64,000 bases of DNA, taken from Nitrosopumilaceae archaeon. GTDB taxonomy: Archaea > Thermoproteota > Nitrososphaeria > Nitrososphaerales > Nitrosopumilaceae. Below, in pieces: positions 10,537-20,781 of this stretch; within the stretch, counting starts at the first letter, position 1; each line of letters begins with the position of its first letter. The notes below the pieces were generated by a model. The model had not been told where the DNA came from, made no database searches, and saw nothing but the letters and a program-made list of their open reading frames with translations. Both the position numbers and the translations under genes were made by a program. The stretch covers positions 320,001 to 384,000 of the forward strand of contig OZ242274.1 in the NCBI GenBank assembly GCA_965207375.1, given 5' to 3'.

Positions 10537-12843
10537 ATGTCGGCCATCCTGCCTGAAAATATAGGATTTTTGGTATTGATCGGTGTCGGCCTGATCATGG
10601 CTATGGCAGTCACCCTGATGGTAAAGGCTGAAACAAAATGGCTTGGAACAAGAAAAACTTCTGAATGGTTTTACACTGCAGGACGTACCATCAAAACAGG
10701 ATTAATTGCCTCCTCCATAGTCTCTGCCTGGACGTGGGCTGCAACACTGTTACAATCCTCTACTGTGACCTTTGAATTTGGCATGGCCGGATCGTTTTGG
10801 TATGCTGCAGGTGCCAGCATTCAGGTGATATTGTTTTCTATTCTTGCAATAGAGCTCAAACGCAAGGCGCCGATGACTCATACGTTTCCTGAAATGCTTT
10901 ACGTCAGATACGGACGGCACTCCCACAAGGTCTTTTTGTTTTTTGGACTGATGACTAATACCATAGTTACAGCAATGCTAGTACTTGGAGGCGCCGCAGT
11001 TGTCAACTCGCTTACCGGAGTCGATATAACACTTGCAGCATTTTTACTGCCTATAGGAATCATTCTTTATACGATTTTTGGTGGACTAAAGGCGACCTTT
11101 TTTGCCGAATACCTTAATGCGGCATTTATCTTTGTGGTGGTTTTGATTTTTGTTACCGTCATCTATTTTCTGAGTCCGCAAATAGGTGGAATCGAGGGAA
11201 TGTATGACAAGCTCAGCAATGCCTCGGTGTTACGTCCTGTGGAGGGAAACGTACAGGGAAGCTTTCTGACTCTGGCATCAATTGGCGCATTAATCTTTGG
11301 TGTCATTAACATCGTAGGTAACTTTGGCACCATATTTGTAGATCAGTCCTACTGGCAACGTGCAATTGCTGCAAGACCAAAGGCTGCAACGGGTGGTTTT
11401 ATCATAGGTGGACTAGCCTGGTTTGCAATTCCATTTGCCTTGGCTACTACGCTGGGATTAGCAGCAATTGCAACCGGTGTTACACTGACTGAGGATCAAA
11501 TAGGTCTTGGTCTTGTAGCTCCTACTGCTGCCTCTCAACTAATGGGTGACTTGGGTGCAATTCTAATCCTTACAATTGTCTTTACTGCAGTAACTGCTGC
11601 AGGCTCGTCCCAACTAGTCAGCGTTTCCTCCCTCATAACATATGATGTCTTTCGAACCTATCTGAAACCCTCCTCAACAGGACGGGAACTTATTCGGGTT
11701 TCTCGATTCACAATCCTGTTTTTTGGAATAGGAATGGGAGTTTTGGCATCTTCTCTGTTCCAATTCGGCGTTAGTTTGCAGTATGTATATTTGCTTATGG
11801 GAATTTTGATTGGCTCTGCTGTAGCACCAATTTCATTTTCAATTTTGTGGAAAAAAACAAACCGATATGCTGCCACCGGTGCTGCAATAGTAGGTCTGGG
11901 GTGCGGCATCATTGCATGGTTGTCTTCTGCCAATCTGGTGGCAGGTGAAATTACTGTTTCATCAACTGGCAGTACAATTCCATTACTTGTGGGAAACATA
12001 ACCTCAATTCTTACTAGTCTTGCAATAACTCTTGGAGGTAGCCTGCTTGTTCCAGAATCATTTGACTTTCGTTCTTTAAAGCAAAAAATTCTACTAGTTG
12101 ATGACAAGGTTCGTTCAATGCTAAAACGCGATACTGATGAAAAGTTACTGGAAAAAGCCTCCAAACTGTGTAAAAGAGTTGGATTTGGCATAACTGTTTT
12201 TCTTGTAATTGTGTGGCCAATGTCGTTTTATCTGACAGGTTATGTCTTTTCATTGGAATCTTTTACAACCTGGGTTATACTGGCAGTAGTCTGGGCCTTT
12301 GCAGCCGCCGGTGCCGTTGTAATTTTGCCCTTTTTAGAGGCAATCCCTAGCATTAGAGAGATAATTTCAAAGACTAGCTATGCCGAAGAACAAAAAAATA
12401 GATTTGATTCACAGCAAGACTCTGATCTAAAACCTGTAATGAAAATTCTTGTTCCAGTAGATGGTTCGGTGCGATCTCTCAAGGCACTCAACAATACAAA
12501 TTATTTGTTCAGGGGCAATGCACGAGTAAAGATTTACCTGTTGCACGTTATAGAATGGTCCGATGAGAACGAGGAAAACATGGATGAGGAACTAAGCGCA
12601 CAGATGCAAGAGGAGGGACGACTGATTCTTAGAAGTGTTCTAGTCCCCAAACAAATCAATGATTATGCAAGAATTGTAAAACTTGGGGATCCGCCAGTCA
12701 AGATAGCAGAAATGGCAGACAAGCTGGGTGTAGATATAATTGCAATGGGAAGAAAGGGTCTTGGAGGCACAAAGGATGACTTTGGCCATGTAACTAAAAA
12801 GGTACTAAAGCTTACATCCAAGCCTGTAATATTGATAAATTAA
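10537..12843 (+). CDS. dur3: DUR3-type urea active transporter (SSS family) fused to a C-terminal universal stress protein domain
   Basis: SAWTWAATLLQSS, ELKRKAP, FVDQSYWQRAIAA; tail KILVPVDGS...DIIAMGRKGLG...PVILIN. Confidence 0.88.
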   Translation: MSAILPENIGFLVLIGVGLIMAMAVTLMVKAETKWLGTRKTSEWFYTAGRTIKTGLIASSIVSAWTWAATLLQSSTVTFEFGMAGSFWYAAGASIQVILFSILAIELKRKAPMTHTFPEMLYVRYGRHSHKVFLFFGLMTNTIVTAMLVLGGAAVVNSLTGVDITLAAFLLPIGIILYTIFGGLKATFFAEYLNAAFIFVVVLIFVTVIYFLSPQIGGIEGMYDKLSNASVLRPVEGNVQGSFLTLASIGALIFGVINIVGNFGTIFVDQSYWQRAIAARPKAATGGFIIGGLAWFAIPFALATTLGLAAIATGVTLTEDQIGLGLVAPTAASQLMGDLGAILILTIVFTAVTAAGSSQLVSVSSLITYDVFRTYLKPSSTGRELIRVSRFTILFFGIGMGVLASSLFQFGVSLQYVYLLMGILIGSAVAPISFSILWKKTNRYAATGAAIVGLGCGIIAWLSSANLVAGEITVSSTGSTIPLLVGNITSILTSLAITLGGSLLVPESFDFRSLKQKILLVDDKVRSMLKRDTDEKLLEKASKLCKRVGFGITVFLVIVWPMSFYLTGYVFSLESFTTWVILAVVWAFAAAGAVVILPFLEAIPSIREIISKTSYAEEQKNRFDSQQDSDLKPVMKILVPVDGSVRSLKALNNTNYLFRGNARVKIYLLHVIEWSDENEENMDEELSAQMQEEGRLILRSVLVPKQINDYARIVKLGDPPVKIAEMADKLGVDIIAMGRKGLGGTKDDFGHVTKKVLKLTSKPVILIN

Positions 12844-13023
12844 ATTGTACATGATAGATGAGGTGTCCTTAGATGACTTTTGAGATTTACTGTATACCTG
12901 AAGCATTGAGACTATCGTTTTATTTTAAAATATTTGTCCATCAAATGCTGTCATGTTAACGTATTTTCATGCAATTTTTGGAATACCTTCAGAATTGATC
13001 CTAATATAGTATTGACAAACTAT

Positions 13024-13383
13024 CTAGTTGTCGTCTTGTTTTTGTATCGTGGCATTCTGTTTTTGTATTAATTTTTCCTGATTTTGTATTATTTGCTTTA
13101 GATTTTATATCATGCCTTTTTGTTCTTGTATCCTACCATCTTGATTTTGTATTAATTTTTCCTGAGTCTGTATTAATTTTTCCTGTTTTTGTATCATACT
13201 ATTCTGATTTTGTATTATTTGCTTTTGAGTCTGTATTATTTTCTCTTGATTTTGTATCACCTCTTCCTGATCTTGCATTCTATAATTTTGTTCTTGTATC
13301 ATATCCTCTTGTATCTCTGTTGTTTGTTTGAGTTTTAGATTCTTATTTCGTTCATCTTTGTAGAGTTTTTTGTAATCTGTCAA
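13024..13383 (-). pseudogene. Gln-rich heptad-repeat relic, probably the N-terminus of an IS66-like transposase
   Basis: Degenerate 21-bp repeats; in-frame TAA at 13105 with heptads continuing; start and upstream DNA resemble the IS66 at 16637-18129. Confidence 0.45.
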
Positions 13384-13794
13384 TGTATGATTTGACTATT
13401 TGACCTCATTTAGATCCTGTTGATAAAAATTTGATCGTAAATGGTCAAACCTTAATCACTACATTACGACTTTGCAACAATTAAAAGCAGAACTGTTGCA
13501 TTTTGCAGTCATTATTGTATTTTACCGCCCCCTTGGTTATATAAGAAACGATATTAAATTGCGACATATTTTTTTGCACTGGTAATATTTTTAAGATTCC
13601 ACAATTTAACAATAAACTCAAAAGCAATCCCTAACTGCTCAAAAGCAAATTTGTCTAGAAAATAGATACAACTGCTTTAGAAATTTTGCAAGTGTTAACG
13701 TTATGTCTAAATTTTTATTCTATCTTTTGACAAAAGTAATTTCATACCTAAAATTACCATAAATTCAAAACAACAACAGATACGAGATTTTTAT

Positions 13795-14718
13795 CTAGTT
13801 TTTTCTGATTCCAAAAAACGGTGCATCTATTGCTATCTGTCTTACAACACCTACCATCTCCAAAATCATATCTTTGACAAGCTCTGTTTGATTTCCAAGA
13901 ATTCTCACCAATAATCCCGTATCATCTTTCATATAACTGACTCCGCCAGAAATCTCTGAATTTTTAGAAATTATATTGCTGATTATACCGTGTAATTTTA
14001 AGATACTATCTTTTTTTGACAGGACATAGACTGAGCCTATGATTGTATAGTCTCCCAAAATGCCAAATGATAAAAGTTTCTGACTTTTTGGTTCAAGATT
14101 TGCAATGTCTGTAAATCTTGGAATCTTTTTTTGATTACACGATACTGTCTTGAGATAGCACACATCATACTCAAATGACTCTTTCATTGCAACGCGTCCG
14201 GGAGTGATTATCTCCGAATAAATCATAGTGGCCGAATCATGCACATCCAAATTCACTTTTTGATAAAATCTTGAAGTCTTGTACGGAATTATCTGGTCTG
14301 GAATAAACTCCAAATACGAGTCCTCATGTAACGTGATGTTGATCATTTGAGTTGCACTGTTTGAATTCATACTGTAAATTCTAGTTGCACCCTGCGTTGT
14401 AATGTGAGCCTTTGAGTTTTTTTTTAGTGTAACGTCGATTCTATATCGGTCCCCCTGTAATATGCCGCCTGAGGTTGAAACAACGTACAAATTTGCCAGC
14501 TTCGGACATGCATCATCGCGCAATGCCCTTTGCACCTGAAGTGGTACCTCAGAGAACAACTCTTCAATGACGGTCTTGCCGGTTTCATCATTTTGAAAAA
14601 TCAGTCTTAGAGAACCTTTTTTTCCAGCCCTTCCAACTGCAAGCTGCCTTACCTCTGAGTCAAACGCCCTGATATTTTCAGGCACGTCTGAGGGAGTGTA
14701 AAAATTCAAATCGTTCAT
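13795..14718 (-). CDS. ureD: Urease accessory protein UreD
   Basis: [24 protein letters not shown] motifs. Confidence 0.92.
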   Translation of the reverse strand: MNDLNFYTPSDVPENIRAFDSEVRQLAVGRAGKKGSLRLIFQNDETGKTVIEELFSEVPLQVQRALRDDACPKLANLYVVSTSGGILQGDRYRIDVTLKKNSKAHITTQGATRIYSMNSNSATQMINITLHEDSYLEFIPDQIIPYKTSRFYQKVNLDVHDSATMIYSEIITPGRVAMKESFEYDVCYLKTVSCNQKKIPRFTDIANLEPKSQKLLSFGILGDYTIIGSVYVLSKKDSILKLHGIISNIISKNSEISGGVSYMKDDTGLLVRILGNQTELVKDMILEMVGVVRQIAIDAPFFGIRKN

Positions 14719-15368
14719 TTTTTTGCAAGCATGACCTTTGGTTCTGCATCAAATAACACGTCATGTATAATGTATCGTGCTATATCGTCTATGCCCTCGT
14801 CTGTTTTGCAGTTTATGAACAAAAATGGCTTTTCGGCCCTAAGATTTTTTGCATCATTTTTCATTGCGTTTAGATCCGCACCCACATGTGGTGCCAGATC
14901 AATTTTATTAATTGCCAAAAGATCACAGCTTTCGATTCCCAATCCTCCCTTTCTGGGATATTTGTCACCGCCTGCAACATCGATAATATATATAAAATAA
15001 TCTGCTAAAATGGGACTAAATGTTGTTGTAATATTGTCTCCTCCGCTTTCTATGATAATCAGATCCAATCCAGAATGATTTTGCTCTAGCTCCTCTATTA
15101 CCGATATGTTCATGGATGGATCTTCTCTGATTGCAGTGTGTGGGCATCCGCCTGTGGCCAAGCCAATTACCATATTCGCAGGTAACAACCCTCCATCTGT
15201 AGCCAAATTCTTTCTCATTCGATCTGCATCTTCTTTTGAAATGACATCGTTAGAAATTATACTGACATTGTAACCCTTCTTTGCTAGTATCGGCACAACC
15301 CTTTCTATGAGCATGCTTTTTCCCGATCCAACAGGACCACCTATACCTATTCTGGGAATTCGCGTCAT
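14715..15368 (-). CDS. ureG: Urease accessory GTPase UreG
   Basis: [31 protein letters not shown]. Confidence 0.96.
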   Translation of the reverse strand: MTRIPRIGIGGPVGSGKSMLIERVVPILAKKGYNVSIISNDVISKEDADRMRKNLATDGGLLPANMVIGLATGGCPHTAIREDPSMNISVIEELEQNHSGLDLIIIESGGDNITTTFSPILADYFIYIIDVAGGDKYPRKGGLGIESCDLLAINKIDLAPHVGADLNAMKNDAKNLRAEKPFLFINCKTDEGIDDIARYIIHDVLFDAEPKVMLAKK

Positions 15369-15386
15369 CCTAATACGACCTAAACT

Positions 15387-16106
15387 TTACGTAATAAACA
15401 TTTTAGAATCCATTGCCTCGTGTGACATTTGATTAATTTCCATTTGCGGTGCAAACTGCCACATGTCTTTGATGGTCTTGTTACAGTATTTTTTTGCAAC
15501 CTGCTCCATTGTAGGTTTTAACTTGTGAATTACCTTCTGACCTTCAAAATGGTGAATCATTCCCAAACGCAATGCTGCACCAACACTGCTTGTAACAAAA
15601 CCATAAAGCAACACAAGCTGCGCCCTATCTCTTTTAATTTGCAATGCATTGCAACATATTGCAAATGAAACAGGATAACTGCCTGTAACGCCTCCTTTTT
15701 GAATCTCGTCATAGTACCAGTTCAACAGTTTATCATTTGGCCAAAACTCTTTGACGCATCTTGCCATCTGTATTCCTGATCTAAATGATGCCTCTCTAGT
15801 CTCTTTTATCGTTTTCATTGAAGCATACGTTGAATCTATCTCTCTAATTTTTTCATATTGTAATGATTTTGTATAGTCATAGGTATTTGATAATGCAATA
15901 CAGTCACACGGGCCTAGCTGCTGTTCAAGATGTACTCTGTTAAACTCTACTAGCTGCTCTGCTGAGGTCACCTTGTTGTCCAAAAACAGACGCTCCAACC
16001 CATTTGAGGTCGAAAACAGTCCTGTGGGAAAAAACGAATCAGACAGCTGCATCACGTCAAGCTGACTTGCAAGCTCATTCATGGCCCTGTATATCAGCTC
16101 CTGCAT
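15387..16106 (-). CDS. ureF: Urease accessory protein UreF
   Basis: QLSDSFFPTG.FS.SNGLE, AALRL and C-terminal H...SKMFIT. Confidence 0.92.
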   Translation of the reverse strand: MQELIYRAMNELASQLDVMQLSDSFFPTGLFSTSNGLERLFLDNKVTSAEQLVEFNRVHLEQQLGPCDCIALSNTYDYTKSLQYEKIREIDSTYASMKTIKETREASFRSGIQMARCVKEFWPNDKLLNWYYDEIQKGGVTGSYPVSFAICCNALQIKRDRAQLVLLYGFVTSSVGAALRLGMIHHFEGQKVIHKLKPTMEQVAKKYCNKTIKDMWQFAPQMEINQMSHEAMDSKMFIT

Positions 16107-16584
16107 GTGGACTAAAGATTACCTCCTCAATTGAGAGTTTGACTCTGTCAATCACTTTTGCAAACAGATTCTGAAATACTGTTATCTCAGAGTCTGCCTG
16201 AATCGGAAAGGAGACTGTATCATTTTTTATTGAAATTGGTCTGTGTCTGTTTCCTATAATGTGTCCAAGTATTACAAGATCATCGCTAGATGCTGTGTCT
16301 TTTAATCTGACAGACATTACCTTTTCTGGCAGCTGTTCTATTACTATGGTACATTGCTTATTTGACAACATGTCACCGTGATGCAGGCGCTCACCCGGAT
16401 TTAAAATTATGCCGATATCTGTGCCAGCATCTGTTTTTTTTCGTATGCGTTTTTTTTCAAGCTCCAACCGTGAAACTTTGATGCGTTCAATTGTTTTATT
16501 TTCTATCGATTCATATTTTTTGCCATCAAAAATGTTTCCGTAAACGGACGTAAAAGTCAACACAGTAATTTGTAGATGTGACAA
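16075..16584 (-). CDS. ureE: Urease accessory nickel chaperone UreE
   Basis: RKKTDAGTDIGI, LHHGD, GHIIGNRH. Confidence 0.9.
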   Translation of the reverse strand: MSHLQITVLTFTSVYGNIFDGKKYESIENKTIERIKVSRLELEKKRIRKKTDAGTDIGIILNPGERLHHGDMLSNKQCTIVIEQLPEKVMSVRLKDTASSDDLVILGHIIGNRHRPISIKNDTVSFPIQADSEITVFQNLFAKVIDRVKLSIEEVIFSPHAGADIQGHE

Positions 16585-16636
16585 GTTATATGTATAAATT
16601 CGTCCCTTGTATCAAGTTATTTTTTGTCAAAAACTG

Positions 16637-18129
16637 GTACTTGTTCACCTATTTTTGAGCATTTTTGGCCCTAAATGTACCGAACCAGCTCTACTAGATA
16701 ATCCTGTCCCAGATTCTTCCAGGTAGTAACACACGTATACAGATTGCCTCTACGCTCCATACTTTTTTCAGATCTGAGACATCCACGTATTCTCCTGCAC
16801 ACGACATACTCACGCAGGCTCTGCTCTGCAAGATTGCTTGTAGATGGTATACGAGGGTCTATGACAAACCGGAACATGTCAGGTATGGCCCGTGACAGTT
16901 TTGCTACAAATTTACCCACAATTTCATCATTGGCATACCTTTTGACAAGGTTACGTGTTCTTTTTTCCAATTGTACAGCATATGATTCTCTGTAATCAGG
17001 TGGTTTGTCTAGGACATGTTTGCCGTCATGGTATATTTTCTGTAGGCATTGTAGTGTATTTTTTGCAATTTTAGAATCTGGATTCTTTTGTGATATTGTT
17101 TTGATTTCACGTATTAGGTGCGCGTTACATCTCTGGATGATATATCTGCGGTATGGAGGCCATCCGTCACAGGTAATGATTATATCTTGTGAGTCACCTA
17201 TTATTTCCTTGAGTACGTTTGCTCCCCTGCTGGGATTAATTATATAGAAATTCTCACTTGTAATTGGATTATGAAACGTCCACAACCATATAGTCTTTCC
17301 ATGCAGTCGCTCTGATGTCTCATCTGCTATCAGAATCTCGGCTTCCTGTATCTTTTCTTTTATCTCATTTGCAGGCACAAATAACGCATCAGAGACTGTA
17401 TCTATGATGTTTTGAATACCTCCTTCAGATATTTCGATTCCACGTCTTTTCATGGCCTCCTTGTTCATACGTACCGGCATGCGATGTATGTGGTTATCCA
17501 TTATCTCCTTTATCACTTCATTTCCAAACTGACCTTTTTTTGGAATGTCAACCTCGGGTGTAATGTCAGTAGCTCCACAGCAGTTGCAATGATACCCATG
17601 AATCTTGTGCTTGCAAGTATGTGGAGGAGGAGTTTTTACAATATCAGTTATTATCCTGATTTTGGTGTCTGTATGGTGTATGTCTTGAGAACCACACTTG
17701 GTACACGTGTCTAATTTGTGCTCTTTTTCTTCATCTACTTTGACCTTGCGGGTTACACCTGTGCGACCAGGTTGTCCTCCCTGTTTTTTTCCAGTAGATT
17801 TTTTGTTCTCTGCACGTATTTTGCGGTCCTGCTTGCGTGTAATGGAATCCTTAGATGGAGGAGTATTGGAATTGTCATGATAGTTGTCACGTTTGGTAAG
17901 CTCTTGAATTTTTATCTTTTTGTAGTAAGAGGTCATCTTTTTGTAATATGATTTTTTGTAAACTTGATACTAGAGATTCAAGAAGAAGGACTTTTCGGTG
18001 TTCCTTTTTGTATGCACTTTTCCAGTTGATGGTACTCATTATACAACTTGTGAGTCAGAATGATTTAGATCTGATGGTGATCAAAATTTGAACAAATGGT
18101 GAAATTGTAGACACCACGTGAACAAGTAC
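16637..18129 (-). mobile_element. IS66 family (single-ORF, ISBst12-like) element, copy 1
   Basis: Perfect 12-bp TIR GTACTTGTTCAC/GTGAACAAGTAC; 8-bp TSD AAAAACTG at 16629-16636 and 18130-18137. Confidence 0.95.
16671..18039 (-). pseudogene. IS66 transposase with a 2-nt frameshift near the 5' end
   Basis: SNTPPSKD, GGQPG, ADET, CDG, QRCNAHLIR, SNLAEQSLR; T5 tract near 17909-17913 versus T7 in copy 2. Confidence 0.85.
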
Positions 18130-18297
18130 AAAAACTGCAATTTTTGTACAAGCCTTGACAAATTCTATGTTACGTTATGTTGCCAACTATCATTTTACGT
18201 AGTATAACACAGGACAAAAACTCTTTTCCATAATGCCTTTTGCTTGAGCACTCTATCTTAAATCATCTTAAATACATAAAGTGAACTAGTCTATTCA

Positions 18298-18600
18298 ATG
18301 ATGCTTACACCGCGTGATATTGACAAATTGTATATTTTTTTAGCCGCACAGCTTGCCAGACGCAGAAAGGACAGAGGTCTGAAACTGAATCATCCCGAAG
18401 CTGTGGCATTAATTACCGATCATATTTTAGAAGGAGCACGTGATGGAAAATCCGTCTCTGATTTGATGAGCTCAGGCAGAAAAGTTCTCTCAAAAGATGA
18501 CGTATTACCTGAGGTTCTAGAGCTAATCCATTCAATTCAAGTAGAGGCCACATTTGATGACGGAACAAAGCTAGTTACTGTCCATGACCCAATAGTGTGA
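18298..18600 (+). CDS. ureA: Urease gamma subunit
   Basis: [30 protein letters not shown]. Confidence 0.97.
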   Translation: MMLTPRDIDKLYIFLAAQLARRRKDRGLKLNHPEAVALITDHILEGARDGKSVSDLMSSGRKVLSKDDVLPEVLELIHSIQVEATFDDGTKLVTVHDPIV

Positions 18601-18977
18601 TGTGTATGAAGCCCGGCGAATACATGATATCTGATCAGGAAATTTCAGCCAATATAGGAAAAGAAACAGTCACTATACGGGTAGTCAATTCAGGTGACAG
18701 ACCTGTACAGGTAGGATCCCACACTCATTTTTTTGAGGTAAATCGGGCCCTTGTGTTTGCACGGGAAAAATCCTACGGATTCCACCTAAACATTGCAGCA
18801 GGAACATCAATAAGATTTGAACCAGGCGACTCCCGACAGGTGGATCTTGTTCAATACGGAGGAAAGAGAATTGTTTTTGGATTTAACGGACTAGTCAACG
18901 GACCATTAGATGAAAAAAAGACGCAAGCTTTTGCCAAAGCAAAACAAAAAGGATTCTGGGACGATACAAAGTCATGA
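18597..18977 (+). CDS. ureB: Urease beta subunit
   Basis: [27 protein letters not shown]. Confidence 0.97.
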   Translation: MMCMKPGEYMISDQEISANIGKETVTIRVVNSGDRPVQVGSHTHFFEVNRALVFAREKSYGFHLNIAAGTSIRFEPGDSRQVDLVQYGGKRIVFGFNGLVNGPLDEKKTQAFAKAKQKGFWDDTKS

Positions 18978-20686
18978 CACTTTCAATTCCAAGAAAAAGA
19001 TACGTTGAGCTTTTCGGCCCCACCGTGGGTGATAAAATCAGACTCGGAGACACTGATCTGATTGTAGAAATTGAAAAGGATCTGCTCAGGTACGGTGATG
19101 AGGCAGTCTTTGGTGGGGGCAAAAGTGCCCGTGATGGAATGGCACAGGCAAGCGGCGTAACAAGGGAGAATTCGCTAGATCTTGTAATTACCAATGCAGT
19201 TGTCATGGATCCAATTTTGGGCATAGTCAAAGGCGACATTGGAATCAAGGATGGAAAAATAGTCGGCGTCGGAAATGCAGGAAACCCAAATGTTATGGAT
19301 GACATTGACATGATAATATCCTCAAACACAGAAGTAATTGCAGGCGAACACACTATATGTACTCCCGGAACAATTGACTCACACATTCATTTTATTTCGC
19401 CACAGCAGGCAATTGATGCAATTTGTAGTGGCACCACAACAATGATTGGCGGAGGTACGGGTCCTGCTGATGGAACAAATGCTACCACCTGTACGCCGGG
19501 AGCCTGGAACATTCACAGAATGATCCAAGCAGTAGAGGAATTCCCATTAAACTTTGGATTTTTGGCAAAAGGAAATGACTCGCAAGAGCCTGCCCTGATG
19601 GAGCAAATTGAGGCAGGAGCATGCGGTTTGAAACTGCACGAGGATTGGGGCTCTACTCCTGCTGCAATAGACTCTGCATTGCGTGTTGCAGAAAAAACCG
19701 ACACTCAGGTTGCAATCCATACTGACACATTAAACGAATGCGGTTTTGTTGATGATACCATTGAGGCAATTGCGGGAAGGACAATCCATACCTATCATAC
19801 AGAAGGTGCAGGCGGCGGGCATGCACCTGACATTATGAAGATAGCTGGCAATCAAAATGTTTTGCCGTCATCTACTAATCCCACCAGACCGTTTACTGTA
19901 AACACGTTATCAGAACACTTGGACATGATGATGGTCTGTCATCATCTTAATCCATCTGTTCCAGAGGATGTCTCGTTTGCAGAGTCCCGAATCCGAGGCG
20001 AGACTATAGCTGCTGAGGATGTCTTGCATGATATTGGTGCCTTGAGCATGATGTCATCTGACAGCCAGGCCATGGGAAGAGTTGGTGAGGTTACAACAAG
20101 AAACTGGCAGACTGCTGACAAGATGAAAAAAATGACCGGACCGCTTGCAGAAGAAACGGGCCAAAACGACAACATGCGGGTAAAGCGATACCTTGCAAAA
20201 ATCACAATCAACCCTGCAATCACACATGGAATTTCCCACCATGTAGGTTCTTTGGAGCCTGGAAAACTAGCAGACATTATACTGTATAGCCCGCAATTTT
20301 TTGGCATAAGACCAAAGATGATAGTCAAGGGCGGATTTATAGCATATTCGTTGATGGGAGACCCAAATGCATCAATTCCAACAACTGAACCTGTCTACTA
20401 TAGGCCCATGTTTGGCGCTTTAGGAAGTGCAAAACACTCTATATCGCTCATGTTTACCTCAAAACTTGCACTAGAAAAAGGACTAGAGTCAAAACTTGAT
20501 GTTAAAAAGAAACTCGTTGCCGTAAAAAACTGTCGACGTATTGGCAAAAAGGACATGATTCACAACAATCTTACGCCAAACATTGAGATCAATCCTGAAA
20601 CATATGAGGTAAGAGTAGATGGAAAACTTGCAACCGTAAATCCGGCAGACCGGCTGTCTCTGTCTAGACTGTACAGTCTGTACTGA
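18974..20686 (+). CDS. ureC: Urease alpha subunit
   Basis: [47 protein letters not shown]. Confidence 0.98.
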   Translation: MTLSIPRKRYVELFGPTVGDKIRLGDTDLIVEIEKDLLRYGDEAVFGGGKSARDGMAQASGVTRENSLDLVITNAVVMDPILGIVKGDIGIKDGKIVGVGNAGNPNVMDDIDMIISSNTEVIAGEHTICTPGTIDSHIHFISPQQAIDAICSGTTTMIGGGTGPADGTNATTCTPGAWNIHRMIQAVEEFPLNFGFLAKGNDSQEPALMEQIEAGACGLKLHEDWGSTPAAIDSALRVAEKTDTQVAIHTDTLNECGFVDDTIEAIAGRTIHTYHTEGAGGGHAPDIMKIAGNQNVLPSSTNPTRPFTVNTLSEHLDMMMVCHHLNPSVPEDVSFAESRIRGETIAAEDVLHDIGALSMMSSDSQAMGRVGEVTTRNWQTADKMKKMTGPLAEETGQNDNMRVKRYLAKITINPAITHGISHHVGSLEPGKLADIILYSPQFFGIRPKMIVKGGFIAYSLMGDPNASIPTTEPVYYRPMFGALGSAKHSISLMFTSKLALEKGLESKLDVKKKLVAVKNCRRIGKKDMIHNNLTPNIEINPETYEVRVDGKLATVNPADRLSLSRLYSLY

Positions 20687-20781
20687 TTTCTGCCGACATC
20701 GGCTGATTTTTGGGACCAAATTTTGTATTTAAAGAAAATAGTTTCTTGAATTGCTAAGTAAATCCGTCACTAACTAAACTC

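Noticed and set aside
18974-20686. Genome-wide reassignment of ATA to Ser implied by the odd tRNA
   Set aside because: ATA encodes conserved Ile in urease motifs PAAID (19667) and ETIAAED (20006)
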